64,000 nucleotides of DNA from Hypanus sabinus (taxonomy: Eukaryota): NCBI RefSeq assembly GCF_030144855.1, contig NC_082726.1, positions 15,066,001 through 15,130,000 of the forward strand. The letters are read 5' to 3'. Numbering within the stretch: the first letter of the stretch is position 1; the number at the start of each line of letters is the position of its first letter. The notes under the pieces were generated by a model. That model worked only from the letters and a program-made list of their open reading frames with translations, was not told the origin of the DNA and did not search any database. A program made the translations under genes and the position numbers. Positions 1 to 11,700 of the stretch are shown here, piece by piece.

Positions 1-89
1 TCACCCAGTGTGAAATAATTCCTCTTTCCTCATATTTAAAAAAATATTAGCTAAAACCTGTTCAAACATTATTGAGTTCCCTGTATATT

Positions 90-935
90 GTGTGCATAGC
101 ATTGTTAGGGTGTGCATAGTGTTGATATTGAGAACATGCTGTGTTCATCTTGTGCCTGTTGTGTATTTTGTGTGTACAGTTTTGTTTGGTATGCCCATTG
201 TACATTGTGTGCATGATCTATATTTTGCATGCACATGGATCATTTTGTGTATAGGATGCTTGCTTCACAAGTGCAGGCAGATTTTGTGAGCAATTTTTTA
301 GTTTTGTATGTAGGAGATATTTGCTTGCTGGCTTACTTTATAGCATATATTTTTAATCAGAATCAGGCTTCTAATCACTAGCTTCTATGATATTAAATTT
401 ATTGCTTTGTATCACGTGCACATTATTTATTTTATGTGTAGTGTGTGCAATGTCTGCCCTCTGTTCATGGTGAGCATCTTGGAAATACATATACAGAGGT
501 GTATCTTCTGCACACCTTTATCACAAACACACAGTGCATAATTTCTGTTCATGGGGTGTATTTTTGTTTTGTATGTGCCAGGTATATTTTCTGTACCTGG
601 TGGGGTTTTCTACGTGTTTTCTAGGCATGACACACATTCTGTGCATTTTCTGTGCACAGTTTATACTTTTTTTGTACACAATGAGCATTTTATTTTCATA
701 GTGTTTGCTTTGTGTGTATGAAGTACAATTTATGTTCTGTGTGAAGGGTGTGTATTTTGAGTGCAGACTGTTTGCAAGGTGCATTATTTATGTACACAGT
801 ACATACAGTGTGCAATACATGTATAATGTTTCTACGGTATTTGTTCCCAACAGTGTGGAGTATTTCACAACGACTGCACTCAAAATGACCACACACACAA
901 TATACAGAGCACATACAAAATACACATGATGTTTT
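90..935. repeat. TG/TGCA-rich degenerate low-complexity tract
   Basis: Recurrent tgtgt/tgtgca/tatttt words; switches to CA-rich sequence around 880-930. Confidence 0.5.
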
Positions 936-3900
936 CAACTACGCACAGCATCGGTGACTGAAGAGTGCACCCTCATTGCAGGAATCGATCTGGTGAATTT
1001 TGTTGCACTCTATCACAAGCAGGTCCTCCCTAGGTTATGTGTACTGGACTTACGGGCAGCCTGTATATACAAATGAATGCTTGGAGTCTGGCAGGATAGA
1101 CTTGCTGGCTGCTGTGCATCTACAGGCATCAACTATCATGTGGGAACTCAGTTTGCGGGGATATCATTGCATCTTGCAAAGAAACCTGAATGTTTGGTTT
1201 AACTACATGTTGGCCTTGGTTGGGCTATGGTTTCATTTCTGGGTGGCCAACTTTCCAGCTTACGATCTATATGCAATATTCTGGTTGCCCTGTGGAATCG
1301 CAGCAAGACAGCCTTCCACTTGTACTAAAATCCTCTTGTCGCAAGTGCACTAACTTTTGATGATTCATGTTTAAGGACACTCAGGTCGCTCTGCAAACAG
1401 CTTTTAATGTAAGTTTGCAGGGGTACCTGGGTGTCCTTGTACACAAATGCTGCAGAAGAAGCACTGCTGGGTTGTTGCACAGAATTTTGTCGACGCTAGC
1501 TTGGTGACAGAGGTGCATGGGTTGAAATGTATAAAGACTGCCTATCAAGCAGCATGATTTGTCCTGGATGGTGTCAGATATCTGGACTCCCAGACAAATA
1601 CAGCATCTTCATCACATTCCAGTTGTATACCTTGTAGATAATGGTAAGACTCTAATAGTTAAGGATTCATTGTAGATTACCTGTCTTCAGTCTGCTGATG
1701 GCCCAAGACTTAAAATTCCAGGCTGCCAAATCACCATCATGTTGTTTGTTTTAAGCTATCAATATCAATTGACCATAACACAAAGAAAAACTACTTATGT
1801 TCGAAAAGTTTCAGAAATTAATTGGACTGAAACACTTATCATCATTAGCATATACACTAAGTGACTCTGAAATTCTATAGAATGAAACATGAGACCAGTG
1901 GGGTAAGCACTTCAATTAAACAAACAGAAGTCAATCCAGATATTACGGCAGGATTATTTAAAATGTCTAGTGTTTCAAGATGAGCCTTCACTTCAGTTTC
2001 TATTTCATTATTAAATTCCACTGCATCCCTCTGGACCTTGTATGTTCTTCCTTTCCAGAACCAATGTATTATGCTTTGATATTGTGTTACCTCAGGGGCA
2101 GTAGGACAGATCTAGCTCAGTAGCCAGGCAGTAATAATGGGGACTGAAACTGTGCATATTGAAACTGGAGCCACACTCAGTTTAACATTCAATCATAAAA
2201 AGTCAGAAATTTCCCGGTCTCTCTCTCCTCTTTACAAACTACATTCAGGTTAGTTGTCAACTCAAGGCACATGTTGAGAAATGTAGCCTGTACTACATTT
2301 TCTAATCAATAACAAAGTTCATTGATAATATAAAAGATCATTAACACAGAAATGAATGACCAATGCCCTATAAACCATTCTTATCTAACCATTTCAAACC
2401 AACCTTCTACTTCTCACTCATGTCTATCTCATATTCCCTTAAATTATGATTACCATGAAGCAAATATACTAATGTTTGATAGTAACTGGGTTATACTGCA
2501 GTGAAAGAGAACAGCAATCTGGCAGATAGAGTCATAGAGTCATAGATGCTGGATATTTTCTAGTATCTTCCAATCTTGTGTCAAAGACCTTACTAGATTT
2601 TGAAGTTCAAATACAACTAAAAAGTTGCAGAAGGCTAAAGAGTTGCCATTTATTTCCAATCAATTACTTAAATAATTTGACCTGATGTCTAAAGAGTTTT
2701 TGAGATCTAGGGAATACTGTATATTGAATTCTTGCAATAGGAATTCCTGTGTTACACCATCTTGTTCACCATTGGTTGAATGCATGTGAGGAACGAGTCT
2801 ACCTGGATATTAATCTGAGTAAACAATCAGCCTCTAAGGAAAGCTCCAAACCCACATTATTTATCTAAAATAAGAATATTTAAGTTTCAGCTTCTGTGCA
2901 TTGATCATTGGTCACGGACAAAGGACATAATGCTTTGAAATATATTCAAACAGATATACTATCCAGAACAGGTCACAGTGAAATAAGTTTTAAAAATACA
3001 GATGATAATAAAACACCAGGAAAATCACCTTCTCTCCTGTTACATCTAGGAATCCAGATATATTTTGAATAACAATATTCAAACAATTGCAATTGCAGGA
3101 ACCCTGTAACACAGGGACAGAAACAATTTGTGGACACAGGGACCACCATAAAAGATTGAGGATATTTGGGTGTAAGTACCTCAAATACACACAAAATTCT
3201 ACCACCCCTTGACCTCTTCCTATTATACACCATCTCCTGCTCCTAATTGCTTTTGGGCTTTGTAGGCTGAAAACTTTTCATAGTTTGTGATTGATCACCT
3301 CCTTAAACTCTGTTCAGTTTGGCTAGGATCGTGCACCATGACCACAGCCTTTTCCCTAGGTTACTCCACCTAAAATTAAAACACTGTTGTAATGTATTTG
3401 AGTTCAGTTGTTTGTTAGCCTTTAACAAAGTCTGCTACAGCATGTATGGGATGAATTGGAATTGGAAACAGTTTATTATTGTCACATGTACAGGAATACA
3501 GTGAAAAGCTTGTCTTGAATATTGATCATACAAATCAAATAATTAGACAATACAGTGAGGTGGAGCAAGGTAAATCAATAATAATGCAGAATAAAGTTTA
3601 ACAACTACAGAGAAAGTCAGTGCAGGTAAATAATAAGGTACAAGATCATAACAAGGTAGATTGTAAGGTCAAGAGTCTACCTTATCACACCAGGGGTTAG
3701 AAGCTTTTCTTCAGCCTGGCAAGATAAACTCAAAGATGAAATGTATAATATAACAATGGCTCTTTGTAGATCATCAGTGGAATTTTTTATAGTCACGTTG
3801 TTATAACCCAAAAAGGAGATAGTTACATGACAGACATTTTAAAGTGGTAATAACCTTTAAACACCATTATTATATATTAGACTGCTTAGAAAATATAATT

Positions 3901-4267
3901 TGATTTTACAATTTTAAGAATTTAACTGAGTTCAGATGTTTGATGTCATGGCAGTGTGACTTTACTTTTGTTAAACTTGCAGATTCACCAGATATTGGAG
4001 CAACCTCCAGCTTTGGGTTAGTACATACTAATCTTGACTCTGAAAAATTGTGTTGTTCCCAAACAATTTTGAATTCACTTTAGGAATGTATTCACTGACA
4101 CAATCTTCTTCTTTAGTACTGTTATTACGCACTATAATGAAATGGTTTACAAGAATTCCTCACCGATACTCATGAGATATTATTCTTATATTCAGTTATT
4201 TCCCTGACATTCTATCCTCTTATTTCTAAACTCCCAGAAGACACCAGTACAGGAACTCTAACATGCA

Positions 4268-4615
4268 GGAACTCTTCCCTCCGCCAGCCTGAAGGTCACC
4301 CTTGGACAAGGTGTAGCACCTGCTTAGCCCCCAGCTCAGAGTCACTTAAAGCCATGGAAGCAGGTGGATGATGGTAACATGAGTAGGGGGTGCATACCAC
4401 AAGTCCAAGTTATGCAACAACTGACACCAGGTAGTTTACCTCTGAAGAGTATTGATAATGGATGAGGTCACCCATCTTGTAAAGACATTACCCAGAAGAA
4501 GGCAATGGCAAACCACTTATGTAGAAAAATTGCTGAGATCAACCATGGTCATGGATAGAGAAGGAAGACCATGATGGCCCACGTCATTAGACACAGTACA
4601 TAATGATAATGATGA
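4268..4615 (+). mobile_element. RTE-associated non-autonomous SINE-like repeat, copy 1
   Basis: Shares blocks with 46550-46865 (caaggtgtagc, cctgcttagcccc, tctgaagagtattgataatgg). GAAGAAGGCAATGGCAAACCACT resembles the Bov-A/RTE segment; ends in a (TGA)n-like tail. Confidence 0.6.
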
Positions 4616-5120
4616 ATATGCACCCTGTAAGTGGTGTATGATCCCAAGTTACTGACTTCTGACCATTTTGGATGACTATTGATTAACACTAAAAGGATAC
4701 CCAGCACAAGATGCATATTAGATGAATTCTTATTGGGCCAATTGAAATGGACTTGAAGTTCATTTCTAGCCTCAATGGCAATGTTGTACAACGTTGTGTT
4801 CTACAACCTTAACATACTAACAAACTGATGGAAAAACTCCCCAGCCAGAGTCTTCATATTCGTTATGCCCAGGTAAATTTCATGAAGTTTGTCCGTAAAC
4901 TTGCTTTGCTGTTGTATCAGCAACACTACGACACTGCCACTTTCCTTAGTAGACAATTCAGTGTACTTTGTCAGACCCATATCTGAATCAGTGCATGCAT
5001 CTAAATTATGTTCATACATTTCTTCAATAATTGTGTAGTTTTTCATAAATTGATTCCCTACTATTGCAGTGTTGAGAAAATCATATCCCACTGTCTGCAG
5101 AGTATACATTTTGCTTTTTC

Positions 5121-5650
5121 CCAGTTGCCAACCATTTTAATTCCTATCCCCATTCCCATTCTGACATGTGAGTCCATGGTCTCCTCTTTTTCCATGGAAA
5201 GGACACTCTCAGGGTGGAGTAGCAATACTTCATAGGTAGCCTCCAACCTGGTGGCATGAACCTCAGTTTCATTTTTTAGTAATTATTTTCCCTCCCCTTC
5301 ACTCCTCTTCTGTTCTCCACTCTGGCCTCTTACCTCTCCTCACCTGCATGTCACCACCTCTTGGTGCCCCTCCTTATTCTCTTTGTCCCATGGTTTACTC
5401 TCCTCTCCTATCAGATTCCTTCTTCTCCAACCCTTTACCTTTCCCACCTACCTAGCTTCACCTATCACCTAGTTAATCTTCCTTCCCCTCCCTCACCCCC
5501 TCACCTTTTTATTCTGCCATTTTCCCCTTCCCTTCCAGTCCTGAAGAAGGGTCTCGACTGTTTATTCCTTTCCATAGATGCTGCCTGACCTGCTCTAGAA
5601 TTGTGTCTATGTTGCTCTGAATTTCTAGCATCTGCAGAATCTCTTGTGTT
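5121..5650 (+). mobile_element. Penelope-like element 3' end (GIY-YIG C-terminus remnant plus pLTR)
   Basis: Degenerate translation PVANHFNS...HSDM*VHGLL / LRVE*QYFI GSLQPGGMN, typical of the PLE endonuclease C-terminus. Followed by a pyrimidine-rich UTR and cagtcCTGAAGAagggtctcgactg. Confidence 0.75.
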
Positions 5651-8519
5651 TATAAATTTTGCTTTCTATGTTCATTTAGTGGTCTAAAGATGTGTGCCCA
5701 CACGGTTTGGATGTTCTATACTCAGTATCACAGTTGCACTGAGACAATAGGACGGCTCACCTCTATGCCTGCCACCATAAAAGGAACAGCAGATGGACTC
5801 AGAACAGATAGACCTTGTGGCCAGTAGCTAGTGAGTTAGTGTAAATGATCTTTCCAGCAAGAACTGGCAAAAACTTGAAGTTCTAACTGGAACCACCAAA
5901 TCCTCTTTCTTAACCAGGGAGTTAATTTTCTCTTTTGGTCAGAGGGTAAGATACATAAGCAAGTGGCCACTCACAGGCCCAGTCCTTGGTGTGATTAATC
6001 ACAATCTCAACTGCATTTAGAAGCATTGAAGGCAAATTTTATCATATGCCTTCAAACAATTTCCATAGCAGAGTTTGTTTGACATTCTCCAAAATCACTA
6101 GCAAGATGAAGTCAGCAAGGACAGGTGGGTTTTCAACGCCGTCTGTCTGCATTTGATTGGTCTTGCTCTCCCTCTCACTAGCTGCTGTCAGAGGAACATG
6201 CAGGATTCCCTATTGCAAATGAGGTTATGGACTCATTTTGGGGTCTTTGAGGTTCATGTTGAGATTCTGGTTATTTTATTTTGTTGTTTTTGAGTGGTTT
6301 GATCGATGCAGACTGGGGCACTTCGGCAAAGAATGGCCCTGCAACTTGTGGTGGGCTAGTGGCAGAGCACCAAACTGATCTAAACTGAATACTACTGGAC
6401 TGCTGGTTTGACATTTGATATTCTATGTGGTGTTCACCACTGGCACAAGTTGTTCTTTTTTCACGCGATGGGTGTTTGATGTTTTCTTGAACCCATGGTG
6501 TTTCCGTTTCGTGGCTGCCAGTGGGAAGACAAATCTCAGCTGTATTCTGTGTACATACTTTGATAATAAATGATCTTTGAATCTTTGACTTCAGTTCAAG
6601 CGTCAAAGGCGCATGCCCGACTACGACAAATTACTGCACTGTACTAGAACAGGTTCTTTAGGAGGCTTCAAACACACAGAAAGTAAACATAAAATATAAA
6701 ATCACAAACAATTCATTATTTAAAACAGGCTTAAACAAATTAATAGCTCTATTGCAAGATTGCAATGGTATTTTGTTGTGTTTTTGATGTAACCTGAGCA
6801 ACTCTTGATGCAATCAATTCCTTGTGGATCACTTCAAATAAAAACTCACGGTAATCGATAGAGCAGTCCGTTTTGTTCAAGATGCACTTTCAATAATAAA
6901 AGTTAAAGATTTCTTTCTGATTCTCCATACAATTTGTTTCTTTACAATTTTTTTATTTGTGCATATTTATAGACATGAAGGCTGCTAGAATCTATATGCT
7001 TATTTGCATAAGTAGATTAATGTAATGCACATTTGCATTGAGGATATAGTATATTAAACACAATTAAGATTTGCGTATATTTGAAACTGTAGGCATCATG
7101 TGTGCTACAAAATTGTATATGAACAAGAATGATGGCAGATGCTGTATATTGTTACACATGGTTGTCAGTTGGTTTTTGGCCTGGATATTCCTGATGCTTA
7201 ACTAGAAATTGAGCTTTAGAATCATGAAAGCACAAATGACTATTATGCTTCAGCAGAAATTTCTCTGAAGGTATAATTTGTCTGCGTGGGTAAAGAGAAA
7301 CATACGTATGAAATAATACAGGAACAGTTTACTTGGTGCCTGAAGCCCACTCCTGCATTTAATAAAATCTAACTGCCATAGATTTGTGCCCACAAGGAAG
7401 CCTTCAGCCTGTCACATTAAGGCTGAGAACGGCATCCTTTACTCTGAACATTTTGATAACATTTTGATTACAAAACTGTAAAAATCCTTGGTGAAAGATT
7501 ACTGTGTATTCTTATAAATCTTTTACTGAAAATGTTACAGAGCTATACAAAATATGCTTACCTTTCTTTGACCTTAACAGTCACATATTTACAGATACTG
7601 ATTGCACCATTTCAATGGTAAACCCAACCGTCTTCCTTGGGCACAAGTTAGTCAAATGACAAGTCCCCCTAGAGACACCTCCTTATATATCCTAAAGGTA
7701 TATCTGTAAGTATGTGACTGTTACAGTCAAACGATAGTATGGATAGAACTGATAACCAGTCATAAAGAATCCTTCGTCAGTTAAAATATATTTACAATGG
7801 AAAAACTGCTAGAGTTAGTGATTAATTATAGTAGTTAATTTATGGTACCATTTCTTGGTGTGTGACCCATTCACTTCAATGCTTCTTTGCCAAAATTAAG
7901 AGCAGTGTATCTGGAAGCTTGGGAAACAATGAAAGAAAGACTTGCATATACTCAATGCTTTCCAAGCCCTCAGAATGTCCCAAAATACTTTACAACCAAC
8001 TGAAGACTTGTAAACTACCATTTTATACAGCATCAACATCTTACAGACAGGAGTGAGATAATGCTGGTCAATTTCTTGTGGTAGTGTTGGTTATGTGATA
8101 AATACAAGGACACAAAGGAGAATTCCCTACTCTTATTGGATGTAATGCCTTGGCTTTCCTTATTTCCAAACCTGAAGGCAAAACCACAGTTTAAAATTTC
8201 AGCCAAAGAGTAGTTTCTTCATCTGTACTACTTCAGCTCTCTTGAATGAGACTTGAACTGTCATTATAACTGGTAAGGTAGATTAATTAATGCCTACTGC
8301 TGAGAACAAACCATCACTGCAAAAGCCTGCCAGCTATAATATGTGAGAGGAGCTCCTGGAAGTTTCTTGCAATTACTGGCCCAAACAAGCTTATAAAATT
8401 TCCACACGGGAGAGGCCATTCAACCACGTCCATGCCAGAATAAAAAGAGTTATCTAGTTTAATCCAACTTTCCAGCAGTCTATAGCCATGTGGATTATAG
8501 ATCTTGGTGCACACCAATT

Positions 8520-9060
8520 GGCATTTAGTTTAGGAGCTGAGATACTATGTAACAGTTACACAAGATAGTAATGAACCATATCTGGAGTCTTGTGTACAGT
8601 TTTGCTTGCCCTGTTATAGGAAAGGTGGCATTAAGCTGGAAAGAATGCTAAGATGACTATTGACAATGTTGCCACTCAAGGGCCTGAGCTATAAGGAAAG
8701 TTTGGGCAGGCTAGGTCTTTATTCATTGGAGCATAGGAGATGGAGGGGTGATGTTATCAAGGTGAGTAAAATCATTAAGGGCATAAATAAGGTAAACACA
8801 TACAGTCTTTTTCCCTGGTATAGGGGATCAAAAACTGGAGGGCATGGTTTTAAGATGAAAGGGAAAAAGATTTAAAAGTGGCCCATATATGGATTGCACT
8901 GCCAGTGGAAGTGGCTGAGGTTGGTAGAATGACAGGTACATAGATGGGAAAGGTTTAAAAGGACAAGGTCCAAAAGCAGCAAATGGGCATCTTGGTTGAT
9001 GTGGACAAGTTGGTTTGAAAGGCTGTGTTATTCTCTGTGCTGTGTTATTCTATGAACTAA
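8520..9060 (+). mobile_element. CR1 LINE 3' fragment
   Basis: ORF 8660-8875 LSYKESLGRLGLYSLEHRRWRGDVIKVSKIIKG matches the CR1 ORF2 C-terminus; tail ctgtgctgt...ctatga. Confidence 0.85.
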
Positions 9061-11166
9061 GTACTTTTTAAGTACGATGAGGATTTTAGCTTCCATCATC
9101 TTTAGTGTTCCAGTGCACTACCCACACCTCCTCCCGCCAGGTGAAAACTACTGTTGAGTCCCATCAAACACATCTACAAATACAGTTATTCATGATAGGA
9201 GGCTCACATCTATATAAAATTCAATTATGTTATTCTCCCCACCCATCCCACCTCCTCTATTGCAAGAAAAAAGAACCCTAAATTGGTCAACCTTTTTTAA
9301 TAGCTAACATTTTCAGGCCAGGCAATGTCACTGTAAAAAAAAACAATGTTGGAAATACTCAGCAAGTGAAAGGAGAAAGTTAATAGTTGAGACCCCAGGT
9401 CCTTCACCAGAATGCTAGAGTTGTTTCAGCATTTTCTGTATTTATTTCAGTCCTTCTTTCCTGTGAGATTCCAGCATCCGAACGCCTTTGTATTTTTCTT
9501 TCAACATCCTGGTAAATCTCCTGTCCAAAGTTGCAACTATTCTTTAATATGGCAAACAGAACTACACAAAGTTTCCAAGCTGTGGTTTAACCAGTATCAT
9601 ATAAAAATCTATTCTCACCTCTCTGCATTTATACAGTATTCTATGCCTGGGGTAATAATGGAAAGTCCTTTTACCAAATTACCAACCCAACCTGCTGATA
9701 ACCCTTAGAATCTGTGGAAAAGCATATCTGTATCACATCGCTCATTATCCTCATACTTAGTATCAATTCCCACGACCTCTTGTTCCAGTACCCCAAATAC
9801 ATTAGCTCAGACTTCTCCTAATTAAATTCCATTTGCCATTTTTTTCAGCTCAGGAGAGCAAACCACCTCTACCTACCTGCAGGCTGTCATTTTCCTCCTG
9901 ACCTTAGCCCCAAGTTTTGTGTCAGTTCCAAACTTCATCATGCCCCCTACGTTTTCCTAAATTATTAATAGACAGATACTTAGTATTCAACCCAATGTAA
10001 CCCCACTGGAAACAGCCGTTCAGTCACAAATACACCCGCCAGTCTTCATTTCCTGTCACTGGGACTCTATTGGATTCAGTTTTTCACTCTCTTCTGAATC
10101 CTAAACGCTTTGAGCAGTCTTCCCAGTGGAAGGTTATCAGAAGCTGTTCTAGAACCAAACAGTCTCTATCAAACGCACTGCCATTGGTAAGAAATCAGTA
10201 AACTAGCGGCTGGAATGTTTCCCCTGAAGCTCACTTCACTGGAGATTTGAATCTTACAATCTGCACATTGTATCATGGTTTTACAACGCTTTGTTTCCCC
10301 TTCTGCTGAATAACGCAGTGAAGAATTAATCGGGTGTTCTGGCACTCCATGTGGTTCCCTGGGAATATTGCCTGCGTTAAAAGTTAACCAAAACCATTCA
10401 TACTTTATTTCAATTATGCAATTAATATGAATAGCTTCATTTTCTTACAGCAGTCTACACTTCGATTAGCCCAAACAGACGGACCTCGTGGTTGACTCAG
10501 TGCGTGAAACTGATGCGAGATTTACAACCACTCGGCTGCAGGACACTGCGGCTAATGCGGACTGCAACGTTTTGTCACTAAACTTACATGGACATATCCG
10601 CATACAGAAAGCTCAGATTGTTTTAGATGTAATGTTAAATTGTTCATCTGCATGTTCCCTATACCCGCTCTCGGTACCGCCTGAAATAATCGTGGTCGTA
10701 CGCAACACTGAACAGCTGTCAGAGCCCGGGGGGATTTAATGAAGTTTTTTGAACTACGGTGAGTCGAGAAAATATAAGCACAATTAACATATTATAAATT
10801 ACTTCGAATGGACGAAGTTTCCCATTCAAATCAGACAATTTCACTGCCCCGCCTTAAACTTTTGAATAGATGTGATAAATTTCAAGTTTAATTTTGCCTC
10901 TGTTCAGCCGATCGATTGAAAACAAGACAGCAATAAACACGCTTAATCGATGTTGTTATTAGCATAAAAATAAATCTACACCGTTCAAATCAACAGGAAT
11001 GACACACATAAAAGTAAACCCTTCGAGAAGAGACATTTTATCTCGAATTTAACAACCAGCCGATGTGTTCAGACTGATTTGGTTAGTTTTGAGACGGCTA
11101 CGGTAAGACTCCGAGCCCAGCACATTTCGTGCACGATCTTCTGCGATTCCCTTTCCATCCTCTTAC

Positions 11167-11217
11167 CTGGTAGGCGTCTAGTTGTTCATCAGTAAATATC
11201 GTCTGCTTATTACCCAT
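11167..11217 (-). CDS. CIB2: Calcium- and integrin-binding family member 2, coding exon 1 (rest of gene not found in window)
   Basis: Reverse strand reads ATG GGT AAT AAG CAG ACG ATA TTT ACT GAT GAA CAA CTA GAC GCC TAC CAG|GTAAGA = MGNKQTIFTDEQLDAYQ. This matches the CIB2/CIB3 N-terminus (human CIB2 MGNKQTIFTEEQLDNYQ). CIB2 preferred over CIB3 because of TIFT and the divergent position relative to IDH3A. Confidence 0.9.
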
Positions 11218-11700
11218 CTTAAACCAGTGACATTCCTCTTGTAGAGATGCATCACACTAGCCGTTCCGGGCGCTCCTTCTACTGTAGTCATTTAGGGCAT
11301 TTACACAGCGTGATCCCACGCAGAAGGATCCCCAGCCGGCATTGAATTTCAAAAGCACCAGCCGGCATCTGGTGAGTGGCTCGGTGTTTTCTTCCTCCTT
11401 CTGGTGGGTACGGTCTTCCCCCGGTGGAGACTGGGTTAGAAGGGAAAGGGTTACATTTTCCCTCCCTTAGTCTGTTGTCTTTCGTTTTGATGTCTCTTTT
11501 CCCTGCTCGGTGGCAGTTTCAGCAGGGACAGCTCCCTGAGACCCGGTTTGAGCTCAGTATTCGCCAATCGGCCCTGCCTTGCCAGCCGGCCGGAGACCAT
11601 TAGGCGGCGCAGAGGGGACCGGGCAGGACTTCACACCCGTACTTCGGCTGTCTGTGACTGTGATTAAAGTACCCCTACAGTGTGGAGTGCTGCACTGAAC
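11218..11700 (-). promoter_or_regulatory. CpG-enriched CIB2 5'UTR/promoter region
   Basis: Locally high CpG and GC content directly upstream of the CIB2 ATG; CCAAT near 11564; contrasts with CpG-poor flanks. Confidence 0.55.
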
